64,000 nt of DNA from Eledone cirrhosa (Eukaryota): assembly GCA_964016885.1 (NCBI GenBank), contig OZ024740.1, forward strand, positions 428,296,001 through 428,360,000, read 5' to 3'. The translations under genes and the position numbers were made by a program. The notes below the pieces were generated by a model. That model was not told where the DNA came from and searched no databases. It worked only from the letters and a program-made list of their open reading frames with translations. Positions 1 to 12,676 of this stretch are shown piece after piece (the stretch's first letter is position 1; the number at the start of each line of letters is the position of its first letter).

Positions 1-960
1 CTCCACCTCCACCTCCACCACCATCAACACTACTACTACCACCACAACCTCCACCTCCACCGCCATCAACACTACTACTACCACCTCCACCTCCACCACC
101 ATCAACACTACTACTACCACCTCCACCTCCACCACCATCAACACTACTACTACCCCCTCCACCTCCACCTCCACCACCATCAACACTACTACTACCCCCC
201 TCCACCTCCACCTCCACCACCATCAACACTACTACTACCACCACAACCTCCACCACCATCAACACTACTACTACCACCACAACCTCCACCTCCACCGCCA
301 TCAACACTACTACTACCACCTCCACCTCCACCGCCATCAACACTACTACTACCACCTCCACCACCATCTCCACCACCATTAACACTACTACTACCACCAC
401 CACCTCCACCTCCACCACCATCAACACTACTACTACCACCACAACCTCCACCTCCACCGCCATCAACACTACTACTACCACCACCACCTCCACCGCCATC
501 AACACTACTACTACCACCACCACCTCCACCACCATCAACACTACTACTACCACCACCACCTCCACCACCATCAACACTACTACTACCACCTCCACCTCCA
601 CCACCATCAACACTACTACTACCACCACCACCTCCACCGCCATCAACACTACTACTACCACCACCACCTCCACCATCATCTCCACCACCATCAACACTAC
701 TACTACCACCACCACCTCCACCGCCATCAACACTACTACTACCACCACCACCTCCACCACCATCTCCACCACCATGAACACTACTACTACCACCTCCACC
801 TCCACCACCATCAACACTACTACTACCACCTCCACCTCCACCTCCACCACCATCAACACTACTACTACCACCTCCACCTCCACCGCCATCAACACTACTA
901 CTACCACCTCCACCTCCACCACCATCTCCACCACCACCTCCACCTCTACCACCACCATCG
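1..960. repeat. CAC/TAC-based minisatellite (unit ~30-45 bp: ccaccatcaacactactactaccacctccacct)
   Basis: Tandem repetition directly visible. The Thr/Ser ORF 774-1040 is a by-product. Confidence 0.95.
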
Positions 961-2049
961 CCGATATTCTGAAAGAGAAAATATTTATTATATACGAAAT
1001 TATTGAAATATACGTCAAATCTATATTTACTGTTGAATAATTAACTCACCTGCCATAGCTAGTAGAGCATTCAATGATATTGGTAGCACCAGCCACGCCA
1101 TCTAACGGGATTTTTTTATTAGGCACAACGCCTCTCTTCGTCCTAATTTGATGAAGGAGAGCGGCAGTCGCTACCTCAGGGCGCCGGAGATGTCAACAGT
1201 GACACAAAACACAATCTCTCTACCAATGATTTGTAGTTACCTTCCTCTCCTCTGCGCTGCGGGCGGCGGATCTTTGCTCTATGGCCGAAAGGACAAGATT
1301 TACACTGAAATATCGTAACATCACATGGCGTCTCAGATAAGCGATTTACCTCCTTCGAACGGGAAAACGATTATCCTGTCTAGACGGCTGCTTTCACCAC
1401 AGCCGAAGACAGTAGGCTCAAGTTGTGACAAGAAACTGTTAGCGTTGAGTTTTCTTTATAATAACATCATTCAACATGTCGCAGCGAAGGTGACGTCCTG
1501 CAGTTCAACAAGAGAGCGTCTGCAATCTCATGTTGTTGACAGTAACTCCCCAATAGGATTTATGTAACATACTTAGTCAATGTTTAATGAATTACAAACA
1601 GAGGTCTGTTGAAGGATTAACAACGTTAGGTAATTAAACGACAATTTCAATTATGAAGAGATCTGTAGTATGTAAATTGTTATTTTTATCTATCAGTTGT
1701 GGCCAATCTGTCTTTTCCGACCTCCTTTATCAAGGTCAACATAACCTATGTCCTATTTTTAAACACGTTTATATGTGCTTTGAAAGAAAATCCACTGTTA
1801 TTTTTAGCCAGTCTAACGACCAGGTCGAATCTTATTCGATCGTGATTATCGAACAGTTTATACATTGACGTTATCATCTTATCTATTGATTACATAAATA
1901 ATTAATCTCTAAATTGTAAATATGTAATAAGGCTTCTCGTGTGGGAAATTTTATGTTAAAATGATTAGAGCGGACAAATGACGGTTTTTTCCATGTGAAA
2001 TACCACTGCTTTGAATGGTCTTGAATTATTGTTGGTTTTAGTTGAAGGT

Positions 2050-2260
2050 GAGGGTGGTGGATTGGCAGTATCGGTAGAGCATCGGAGAAATGTGTTTTCT
2101 GCATATAATTACGACCCTTTACTTTCTGAGTTCAAATTTCACCGAGATTTTCCTCATCAAGGAGGATAAAACAAAGTACCAGTAATACACTGGGGTCGAT
2201 TTAATCGACCTCCCTCCCCCACAAAAAAAATTGTTGGCCTTGTGCTTAAATTAGAAACCG
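2050..2260 (+). mobile_element. tRNA-derived SINE, family S1
   Basis: Head ggtggtggattggcagtatcggtagag, B-box-like gagttcaaat, body aaagtaccagta...ggccttgtgc shared with about 8 other copies in the window. Confidence 0.8.
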
Positions 2261-2650
2261 TTATTGGCAATCCTTTTGATTGAAAATTATTCCAGTCATG
2301 ACCAACCTCACTTTAACATTTTTGCTAACCTATTTAATATCTGCTAGGAGTTGCCACCGATAGACAGTATTATTAATTGGAAAGACAAATGGAAACATTG
2401 TTTCCTTGGTCTGGTTTGACGAGTTTCGCCCCACTAGGTAAACGAATGAGGTTTGGGATCTTAATATGTCTTTACTATGGGACAGTAGAGTGTGATTTGA
2501 GGAAGATATTGTTGTTATGTCAGCAAGAGAGGGTTTCAGCTCAGATGGCAAGGTAGCAGAATAAAGACTGGATCTTGGATATATTTGTGGTGTGTGTGTG
2601 TGTACGCGAGCTTGTACGTGTGTGTTTGTGTGTGGGGGATAGAGAGAGAG

Positions 2651-2697
<47 letters not shown>

Positions 2698-3071
2698 TAG
2701 AGGGGGAGTGTCTGTGTGTGCGTGTGTGTGTCAATGACTGCATGTACATATATATCTGTGTAGCAGTCAATGTTCAAGATATTAGATAGTAAATATAGAT
2801 ATTATTGTCCATCAAACAGTCGATACTGTACATATATAACTGGTCTTTTCTGTCGTCTCCGACTAATACCTCAAGAATACCTGTAGTGCAACATGGAGTC
2901 TCAAACATCATACACTTCTCTTTATATATATATACACATATGTGTGTGTGTGTTGCAAAAGAAAACTCTTTTGGTGATTCCATGAAAGTATGTTAGTCAA
3001 CCTATGAACTTTTCAGCCGTCCATTCAAGATATTGAATACAATAATAGTCGTTCGTCAATCACTATAAATT

Positions 3072-3135
<64 letters not shown>

Positions 3136-3342
3136 ACAGGGAGAAAAAGATGATTATTAGGAAGAAATTTTTTAATTTTTTTTCCTTTTTATTTTTTTCT
3201 CTCTTTTTTCTGGGTTAGAAAATGATTAAAACGAAATATTTTACTTTGTGTGAAGAGTTAAGGTATTAGTTGATTTATTTATTAATTAACAATGGCATTT
3301 ATTTATATATATATATATTTAATAATTGTCTTATATATATAT

Positions 3343-3530
3343 AAGGCGTGTGGCTGAGTGGTTAGAGAACTGGATTCGTAATCGTGAGGCTGTGAGTTCG
3401 ATTCCTGGACCGGGCGATGCGTTATGTCCTTGAGCAAGGCACTTTATTTCACGTTGCTCCTTCTACCTGGAGTTGCGACCGATAGATAGTATTAGACTGT
3501 TTCCTCGGTCCAATTTGACGAAAGTCGATC
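3343..3530 (+). mobile_element. tRNA-derived SINE with CORE-like domain, family S2
   Basis: A box tggctgagtgg, B box gagttcgattcc, CORE-like gtccttgagcaaggcactttatttcacgttgctcc. Confidence 0.8.
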
Positions 3531-3554
3531 GTTAGGAATATATATATATATATA

Positions 3555-3870
3555 TAAGAAAGTAAGTCCATAGAATCATTAGATAAAATATATACAGTAT
3601 TCACAGCCACAGAAAATGTACCTAGTATTTCTGATAGCCTGTAGAAATTGACTAGACATATAGTTAACCATACATAATTAGGTACAAAATCAAAGGTGGC
3701 TGTGAATCGCGGATAAAAAGCTATCATTTATTTATCTATTATTTATTCATGGGTATATTTTAAACTTATAGCCTCGTTTAAATGATTTTTTATATGGTTG
3801 ATTATGCTGATTGGGTGAAGAAATACTGTATATAATTTATCTAATGATTCTATGGACTTATTTTCTTATA
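3555..3870. repeat. Fold-back element with ~47-bp imperfect terminal inverted repeats next to (TA)n
   Basis: aagaaagtaagtccatagaatcattagataaaatatatacagtatt at 3556 is complementary to aatactgtatataatttatctaatgattctatggacttattttctt at ~3822-3867. Confidence 0.7.
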
Positions 3871-4038
3871 TATTGTTCTGATTGTTGATTATTTAATTAA
3901 TTAATTCGTCATTGAGCCACACCGTGAATGGTTGGCGAAAACATATATATATATATGGCTCTGTCTAGTTTATGTGTATGTAAACTTCTAAATATTATAT
4001 ATATATATGTGTGTGTGTGTATGTGTGTGTGTGTATAC

Positions 4039-4089
<51 letters not shown>

Positions 4090-4102
4090 TATATGTATAT
4101 AA

Positions 4103-4349
4103 GATAAGTTTATCCCGGGTTCAATCGGGGGTAACCACAGTAAGTAAGGTACTCAATAAATAGCCATTTCTATATTAAATATTTATACTCTGCTATGTAT
4201 TGAGTACTTTACTTACTGTGGTTACCCTCCATTGAACCCGGAATAAACTTATCTGTTACCACTTACGGTGCCCCTCTTAAGCATCAAGGGCTTCCTGGTG
4301 ATTTCTCCCGAATGAAACAGTTCTAGTCCTGTAGAAGCCATTCCTATAT

Positions 4350-4350
<1 letters not shown>
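4103..4350 (+). mobile_element. Fold-back PLE-like non-autonomous element with hammerhead motif
   Basis: ~55-bp inverted arms (4103-4158 / 4198-4252), then a hammerhead at 4289-4339. Flanked by (TA)n. Related copy at 50977-51092. Confidence 0.7.
4289..4339 (+). ncRNA. Type I hammerhead ribozyme (core variant)
   Basis: Stem I ggcttc/gaagcc; core CTGGTGA (one change from CUGAUGA); stem II ttc-tccc-gaa; GAAA; stem III acag/ctgt; GUA cleavage triplet. Confidence 0.6.
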
Positions 4351-4441
<91 letters not shown>

Positions 4442-4611
4442 TGTATATATATATATTCAACTTACAGGCAAATTCATATTATCTGGCATGGTTACATGTC
4501 TACATGGATATTTATACTACCTTGGTGAAATCTCGGTTGCACTGTATTTATAGAGATACAATTTGATGTATATATATATACGTGTGTGTATGTTATTATA
4601 TATATATATAA

Positions 4612-4797
4612 AGGCGGTGGATTGGCAGTATCGGTAGAGGGTCGGACGCCATGCTTTCCAGCATAGTTACGTCCCTTTACGATCTGAGTTCAAATCCCGC
4701 TGAGGTTGACTTTGCCTTTCATCCTTACGGGGTCGATAAAATAAAGTACCAGTAATGAACTGTGTAATTTGCTGGCCTTGTGCCTAAAGTAGAAACA
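4612..4797 (+). mobile_element. tRNA-derived SINE, family S1
   Basis: ggcggtggattggcagtatcggtagag...gagttcaaatcccg...ctttgcctttcatccttacggggtcgataaa...ggccttgtgcctaaagtagaaac. Confidence 0.85.
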
Positions 4798-4830
<33 letters not shown>

Positions 4831-4844
4831 GTAGTAGTGGTAGG

Positions 4845-5178
4845 AGGCCCTACTCAGTCACGAATGACCATGGTTTTACACCTAGAAAGTTTCCCTCTGA
4901 GGCACAGCCTGGGCAATGTTTGTTTTGTGGAAGTCCAGCAGTCACCCATGGATACCAGTCTCCCCTCTCCACGCCACCAATGTTGTCCAAGGAAAGGCAA
5001 TGGCTGATACAGCTTAGCACCAGTGACGTCGCAACTCATTTCTACAGCTAAGTAAACTGGAGTAACGTGAAATAAAGTGTCTTGCTCAAGGACACAACGC
5101 ATCACCCGGTCCGAGAATCGAACTCACAACCTCTCAATTGCCAGCCCAATGCTCTAACCACTAAACCATACGCCTTCA
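4845..5178 (-). mobile_element. tRNA-derived CORE-like SINE, family S2, with long 3' tail
   Basis: Reverse complement has tRNA head (gaaggcgtatggtttagtggttagag, gagttcgattc) and gtgtccttgagcaagacactttatttcacg. Confidence 0.8.
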
Positions 5179-5199
5179 CAACATAAATATATATATATT

Positions 5200-5388
5200 G
5201 TGAAGGCGTGTGACTGAGTGGTTAGAGAATTCGATTCCTGGACAGGGCGATGTGTTATGTCCTTGAGCAAGACACTTTATTTCACGTTGCTCCTTCTACC
5301 TGGAGTTGCGACCGATAGATAGTATTAGTAATTGGAAAAACCAACGGAAACATTGTTTCCTCGGTCCGATTTGACGAAAGTCGATCGT
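5200..5388 (+). mobile_element. SINE family S2 (internally deleted head)
   Basis: Near-identical to 3343-3530. Confidence 0.8.
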
Positions 5389-6039
5389 TCCTTTATATAT
5401 AATAGTAATAAAAATAATAATTATTATAATCTATAACTGTGCTTGCATAATCATATAAATATAGCTGTGTGCGCGTGCGCGCGCGAGTTTGTGTGTGTGT
5501 GAATGTATGTGTGTGTTTGTGTGGCTTTTGAAACAGATATGATTGTCGTAAAAGATATATAAAATGTAAGTTATAAAAACTCCATACAATGTTTTATATT
5601 TAAAAGATGTGATACACTACAGAACTAGTTTTTGTACGGAAATCTAAAAAATGTGAATGCAAATAGAAAATAATCGGGAAGTATTAAACCAAGGATATAT
5701 TGAAAAAAAAATCAACGTAAAACTATAGAAAGTATAATGAAAGAATGTGAAGACGGGTAGAGGGGATACACAGTTATGTCTAGGAAAAAATAACAAAGGA
5801 TTAATGTGGAAAAAACAAATGATTGAGAATATCAACAGAGAGAGAGAGAGGGGGGGGGAGAGAGAGTCATAAAGAGAGATATAGTGATAGACAGAGAGGG
5901 GAGAGAAAGACAGAGAGTGAGTGTGTGAGAGAGTGAGAGAGGGGAGAGAGAGAGAGAGAGAGAGAAATAAATTCCTGTACGATTGACAAAATGTTTATAG
6001 ACACGAATATACATTAGAATAAAAGAAAAATGTCGAAGC

Positions 6040-6091
<52 letters not shown>

Positions 6092-7096
6092 GTATATATA
6101 AATATACATATATATATACACATCTATATATCTGTGTGTGTGTGTGTGTTTATACACATATACGTATATATGAATAAATATATGAATACATACCCCATCA
6201 TATATATGTATGTGTACGTGTGTGGGTGTTTAGAGGGTGTATATGAGGTCGACTGAAAAAATATCCGACATAATTTTCGTGGGAAGTAATGACATTAGGG
6301 AGACAAATTTCGTTGTAAGATAGTTCTCTCTGTTAGTTGGTGTCAGACAGCCATCTTGTGAGGTTCTATGCTGCTTACTTGTCGCTTTTTCATCTCACCC
6401 AATACTGTCAACAAGGAACCCAAGGAAAGTCTTCTCTATTCTGTCAGCAGGGATCGCGGGGCGGCCAACACATCAGCTCCCATATATAGTGAGAGATGGG
6501 GAGAGTGGGAGAGACGGAGGCAATGAGTGAAAGAGAGAGAAAATCAATACACACACTTGATCAGACAAAGAAAGTGGAGAAGAGTGAACATTTTCTTCAT
6601 TGTTGACATTAGTTCAGTTTTTCATTTGATTTGAACATCTTATTACACTAATAACTGAAGATCAGACGGAAGCTAAACTCAATGAAAGGAGTGGAAATAT
6701 CCCCCTTCACTAAAGACCCAAATTACAGGTGAAATTTGCAGCAAAATCAACATGATGCTGTTTTCTTCTACAATTCAATCCTTGTACATCACAATTACAC
6801 TCCAAAGGACTATCAAACCAATAATTAAACAACCAACATTACAGTTACAATATATTGTAAATGATCTACCAACTATAAGCAAGAGAATCACATCTATGTT
6901 CTTGTGGCAACGTCCCAGAAACTCTTTGGTACTATTTATTCCAATGTAAAAACTATTAGTCTGAGAGAGAGGATATTTTAAAGCCGTTCATTTAAAAAAC
7001 TACCAACATTGAGATGTATCTTTTTTTTTTCTTTTCAGTGGCTGATAATACCTTACCGGCGCCACTCGAATAAGGTAATTATTTAACTAATAAATG

Positions 7097-7220
7097 GGGC
7101 CCTAACATGTACAACTACTCCGGGCCAGAACAGACCTGGGAGTTATGACAATTAAGGGGTAACTCCACATTCCCCACAGCTCCTGAACTCCCGAACTGGA
7201 GCCTTGCCACTGGATGTAGT
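7097..7220 (-). mobile_element. Probable SINE fragment (third family)
   Basis: Reverse complement reads tgtcctgggtatgacattaaactacatccagtggcaaggctccagttc, which resembles a mollusc SINE body. Recognised by pattern only. Confidence 0.45.
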
Positions 7221-7729
7221 TTAATGTCATACCCAGGACATATGATATATTGCAAAAGATCAACTAACTATAAACAAAATTATTGAATACATGGATGATA
7301 CAAAAGATTCAACAACAGAAGCTCCTACTTTACACCTTCCCTTGCCATTTTTCTTTATCTTTTTTAGGCTTTTTTTCCCCCACCCCCGTTAGTCTTCCCT
7401 ATTCATTTATTTTTATTTTATTCTAATTTATTTCATTTTTATATTCACTTATCTCTGTATATCTTGTTTGTTTTTGTTTCTCAACTATAAGTACCAGATA
7501 CTTCCCCTAATATGTCATGGCTTACTAGCTCTATATGGACATTCAATTGATTAAATAAATAAATAAGTAGTCCTCCGACATCTTCATGATGCAGCTTGAC
7601 GCAGGAGACCTGATCTGTGGGCCTCACAAACTGATCTGTGGGCCTCACAAAACTGGTAGCTGGATTATGAGAACAACTCCTGCTCATTTGTTGCAGGTTA
7701 TTCAAAGTTTCTTGACAAAGTAATATAAT

Positions 7730-7920
7730 AATTGTTTCTACTTTTGGCACAAGGCCAGCAATTACCAAGGGCATTACTGGTACTTTATTTTATCGACCTC
7801 GTAAGGATGAAAGGCAACGTTAACCTCGACGGGATTTGAACTCAGACCGTAAAGGGCCATAACTCTACACCGCATAGCATGGCGTACGACTCTCTACCGA
7901 TACTGCCAATCCACCGCCCT
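7730..7920 (-). mobile_element. tRNA-derived SINE, family S1
   Basis: Reverse complement of 4612-4797. Confidence 0.85.
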
Positions 7921-8161
7921 CAATGCATATAATAATGTACTTCGCTCATTAACCAGTTAGTCTACTCTACAGACATGGTTCCTTCTGACTTCTTTAAGAG
8001 CTGAGAAGACATCCTGCTGAGGGTGTAACTGAGTCCCGTCAAGACGAGAAATACCAGACGTGTTTCCAACAATGTAAGTATCTCTGGGCTAAGTGACGCG
8101 TGGGAAAAACTTCAATCAAACAATACTACTCCCAAAATTTTAAAATAGAAACAATAAATGT

Positions 8162-8371
8162 ATACTGCGTGGGCCAAAAGTCGCTTCTTACCTATTTTTA
8201 TTAATAAAACATTGAAAATTAACTCAAAACTTATTTCTTTATCTTTAAATTAAATGTCATAATTGGATCTTATTTTTATTCAACTTTAATCTGAAAGATA
8301 AAATAAATAATTTTAATGATAAAAAAAAAAAATTATGAATTTTTTTTACAGGCTTTTGGCTCACCCTATAT
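8162..8371. mobile_element. Tc1/mariner-type MITE (degenerate)
   Basis: Imperfect TIRs ctgcgtgggccaaaagtc / ggcttttggctcacccta, with TA flanks and an AT-rich interior. Confidence 0.45.
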
Positions 8372-8639
8372 ATGCATTGGCAGACTGGATCTAAAAATAT
8401 TGGTTGCCAGGAAGAGACAAAGGAGCCAACACACAACTACAATACTATCAGTTAATTTTTATATCTAATAAATAATTTCTTTGAAAAATGTTCTCTATTT
8501 CTGTGTTTGTAATTGACCGTAAAATTGTAAAATAAAAATAAGGATTATAAAATATATAAAAAATGTCTTACCTTCTCCAATAAAAAAAGATCTTGTTTAA
8601 ATATACACATTCATAAAATAGCAGTTTTTCACTCCGGTT

Positions 8640-8706
<67 letters not shown>

Positions 8707-8710
8707 TCTC

Positions 8711-8754
<44 letters not shown>

Positions 8755-8786
8755 TACACGGGTGTGGGTGATTGTGTATAGAAGAT

Positions 8787-9100
8787 TATATTAATAAAAG
8801 GAATTCCAACTTTGTCTGATTTACTCATTTTATTTACAATCCTTTAAAATGATATTATAATGACATAGTATGGTAGAATATTAAATGTTAAATGTTAAAT
8901 GTCTGACAGTTGAAAATTGCCAACTTGACTGTCACCACTGAATATGAACCTGAAGATTGCGAAAGCATGAAAGTACTTGTTCAATTAACATTTAACATTT
9001 AATATTCTACCATGCTATGTCATTATAATATCATTATAATTTTAAAGGATTGTAAATAAAACGAGTAAATCAGACAAAGTTGGAATTCCTTTTATTAATA
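8787..9100. mobile_element. Fold-back element, ~110-bp inverted arms with hammerhead in the loop
   Basis: Left arm tattaataaaaggaattccaactttgtctgatttactc...aaatgttaa; right arm ttaacattt...gagtaaatcagacaaagttggaattccttttattaata; (TA)n on the right. Confidence 0.8.
8945..8983 (+). ncRNA. Minimal type I hammerhead ribozyme
   Basis: tgaac-CTGAAGA-t-tgc-gaaa-gca-t-GAAA-gtac-TT-gttca: 5-bp stem I, GAAA-tetraloop stem II, palindromic stem III AGTACT, CUU at the cleavage position. Confidence 0.7.
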
Positions 9101-9109
9101 TATATATAT

Positions 9110-9378
9110 ATAAGGAAAATAAATTTATATCCTTTACCAGTTTCACTGTTCTTATGCTTTTCAAAAGTAGAATTGAGATGGGGATTTGTGGTTTGTCTCG
9201 CAAACCACAAACTCTTCTATCTCAATTCTACTTTTGAAAAGCATAAGAACTGTGAAACCGGTAAAGGATATATAAATAAATATTCTTAAAAAGACTCCAG
9301 TTGCATTTTCGACTTCTTTTCCTTACACTTTCACGCGTGTAGGACATCTCGTCTTTTTTATTAATAAAACTCATTTCT
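9110..9378. mobile_element. Fold-back element (palindrome centred ~9197) with decayed hammerhead, family B
   Basis: Arms atcctttacc...ttgagat-ggggatttgtggtttg / caaaccacaaa...atctcaa...ggtaaaggat. Decayed core ttgaaaa-gca..tgt-GAAACCGGTA. Second copy at 22401-22707. Confidence 0.75.
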
Positions 9379-9834
9379 AATGTGTGTGTGTGTGTGTCTG
9401 TGTGTGTGTGAGTGTGTGTCTGTGTGTGTCTGTGTATGTGTGCCTGTGTGTATGTGTATGTGTGTGTGTCTCGTGTGGGTGTCTGTGTGTGTCTGTGTGT
9501 GTGTGTGTGTATGTTCCTGTGTATGTGTTGTGTATGTTGCCGATAGACGCTACAACAAAGACACACAGCTAGGGCGAGCGGGGTTTAGCCTATCGTCACC
9601 TTCTTTTACATTCTAACTTCTAGTTCGCAGAATTCTTCTTCTTCTTGTCAAATTATTCTAAATATTCATCCTTGAAAACTTTATCATCTTTCCTACTTTA
9701 AGGATTTTAGTAAATATTTATATAATATCCTTCCAGTTTCGTTTATTCTATCATTTGTCAGACGCTACTTTTAATAATATTTATTATCATATTTTCCCCT
9801 ACACACAACTAATGATATATATATATATATATCA

Positions 9835-10792
9835 TATATCTAATAGAATCTCTAATCTATCCTATGACGTAAACATATTTAACAATAACTCGCAATATTA
9901 TAATCAGGCATTAGCTAGATCAGGCCATAATATAGAGATCGAGTTCCTACCTACAAAAACGCATAGCTACAACATTATTTCGCACATGTCCATGAGAAAA
10001 TTTAATAATAAGAATAGCAACCACACACACACTAATAGAGATGATAACAACAAAAGTAACCCACACCACAGAAATTACCATAGTAACATAAAAGGAAACA
10101 AATCACCAGACATAAAAAACAGAAATAGAAGAAGAAATAATACATTTTTCAGCCCTCCTTTCAATCTAAACGTCTCTACCAACCTACCTAGGGCTTTCTT
10201 CTCACTACTGGATAAATACTTCCCATCCGGCCACAAGTACCATAGCCTTTTAAACAAAAACACTATTAAAATCTCATACACTACTACGCCTAACTTAGCA
10301 TACCACATAGCTAGTAGCAATAAAAGAAAAATTAATTCTTACTTCCAACAAACTAAATCACAACAGACGATAAACCTTCAAAATAACATTCAAAATAACA
10401 TTATAGCAAATAACCGTAATATCAATGGAAATAATAGTAATAGTACTAGTGTAAACAATAACGCTGGGAACGACAACCCACATAACCATAACCCTATAGC
10501 CAACATCCAGACTTCTACACAGCATATTAACCGGCAGACTAACACCCAGAATAATTGTAACTGTAGATCAAATAGAACCTGCCCTTTAGATAAAAAATGC
10601 TTAACCAAGGATATCATATACTCATGTACAGTCACAACTAACAACTCTTCTGAAACATATATAGGCTCTACTTCTAACTGCTTCAAACCTAGATACAATT
10701 CGCACCTCCACTCTTTCAAAGACAACAGTCTAGCCAACTCCACTTCACTATCTAGCTACATACACTATCTAAAAACTAAAAATAAACTATAG
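9835..10792 (+). pseudogene. Penelope-like retroelement ORF, truncated: RT thumb remnant, Cys-rich linker and GIY-YIG endonuclease
   Basis: ISNRISNLS...YNQALARSGH, RRRNNTFFSPPFNLNVSTN, NTIKISY, CNCRSNRTCPLDKKCL, IIYSCTV...TYIGSTSNCFKPRYNSH...STSLSSYI: the PLE linker and GIY-YIG motifs. Begins immediately after a (TA)n run. Confidence 0.85.
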
Positions 10793-10929
10793 ACACTGTA
10801 TTGGTTGTGCTAACATAATCCTGTGCATGGAGTGCCACCATGAGATAGATAGATGATTAAGTAATTAATTTATTATTAAAGTGACTATATATTCTATACG
10901 ATGAGTACAATAAATTATGCACAGGTGAT

Positions 10930-11592
10930 ATATGAGTTAGGAGTTTCTGTATTGCTTGATGACCAGATTAGTGTCCTTTGATGGGAGAACTGGTCCCCGG
11001 ACCACCCTGGTGATTTTTTAATTTACCAGGGATTCAGTCATACAATGACCCGGAACTTACCGGGAGTCTTATATGGTAATAAGACCCTTATTAGTAATAA
11101 GACCCTTATACATATAATCGATTTTGAAGTCTGACTCTTCTTATAGATTGTTCAGGTTTGGCACTCCATATTGGATTATAATCATCATGATATGAATTCC
11201 TTTAGTACTTCTTAATAGACTGCACTCTAATTTATAGATAAGAAACCTAATTTAATTTATATATGAGATGGGAGTTTATGTATTGCTTGATGGCCAGACT
11301 AGTGTCTTTATATGAGAGAATTGATCTCCGGACCACCCTGGTGATATTTAAATTTGCCAAGGATTCAGACATACAATGACCCAGAGCTTACCGGGAGTCA
11401 TATATAATAATAAGACCCTGCCAGGTTCTGCGGGTGGACTACACTTACAAAGAACATTGATTTGGAGGTCTGACTCTTCTTATAGAATGTTCAGGTATGA
11501 CACTCCTTAATAGAAGGTAATCATCCTGATATATACACCTTTAGTACTTCTTAATAGACTACACTGTAACCTATAGATAAGTAACCTAATCT
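10930..11592. repeat. Diverged tandem duplication, ~330-bp unit
   Basis: ggagtttctgtattgcttgatgaccagattagtgtc...ccggaccaccctggtgat...catacaatgacc...gtctgactcttcttatag is present at ~10940 and again at ~11271. Confidence 0.8.
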
Positions 11593-12368
11593 AGAAATTA
11601 GTTATAACAGCATATGATAGGCACTTATTTGAAACACCATTAATGTAATTTAGGATAATAAATTTAACTATGAAAATCAGCTAGTTACCTCCCCTTACGC
11701 ATTAACTCCCCTTGGTCACACACACACTTCCGGAATATAATATCATCTCACAAAACTAAACAACATGATCTATTAATTAAGAATCGACAAGATATGGTTT
11801 ATAACTTGGTTCTATGCTGAATCATCGTGGATTGTGTGATAGACCTGTAGTCTATATATTGCGTTTAATGGATTATGTGAGTGGTGGTGTGCGCGAACAC
11901 AGTGGTACTGTTTTGCCTATGTTATAATATGCTTTATAATATGTTTGATATTTTTGATATTTTGGTGTTTCTCTACATTCGGGATTGTATATCATACAGG
12001 TGTATGCGAAAAAATGATTTAACAATACAGCCCACATAATTCTATTCATTGCCTGCTTTAACTGCCTGATCCTACAAGTAACAATCTGCCGCACTCTAAT
12101 CCTGTATAAATAAGACACGCGTGCATGCTACACGTGAGATTGTTTCATACACTGACTACTCTAAACTTTCCTCTTGCTTTATCTTCATAAACTGCCAATG
12201 TTTCATTTTTATTTTTATTTTTATTTTTATCCTTTAACCTTTATATGTAAATTGCCATGCTATATCATTATGATGGATGTCATCCCACTGTGGGTCAATA
12301 TATGCATATATTTTTATATGTCTCTTGTGTTGAAAAGGAGGTCAAGTATGTTATAGATCACTAAATAG

Positions 12369-12417
12369 TTGCTCCAAAGAATCCAAACCTCGGTTTGGAG
12401 GAAACAATTGTAAGCAA
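12369..12417 (+). ncRNA. Decayed type I hammerhead motif
   Basis: ttgct-[ccaaaga]-a-tccaaacc-tc-ggtttgga-g-GAAAC-aatt-GTA-agcaa. All three stems are present, but the CUGANGA box is mutated. Confidence 0.5.
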
Positions 12418-12451
12418 ATAAATGATTTAAACTGAACTTTGATTATTGTAA

Positions 12452-12552
<101 letters not shown>

Positions 12553-12676
12553 GTATATGTATTTAATTATATGATTATGAAACAAGTGTCCAAGCGCAGA
12601 AATGCTATAAAGATTGCTTATAAAATAGGGCGAAGATCATTAAAAGACGGAGAACGAATTTACCAACGACCTCTAT

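Noticed and set aside
774-1040. Thr/Ser mucin-like ORF
   Set aside because: Translation of the CAC/TAC minisatellite.
3905-3945. gcca…tggc-GAAA hairpin resembling hammerhead stem II
   Set aside because: No CUGANGA box and no cleavage-site stem.
7958-8075. Possible exon or mariner remnant (VYSTDMVPSDFF resembles YSPDLAPSDF)
   Set aside because: Stops in all three frames as an exon; the transposase similarity is too short to call.
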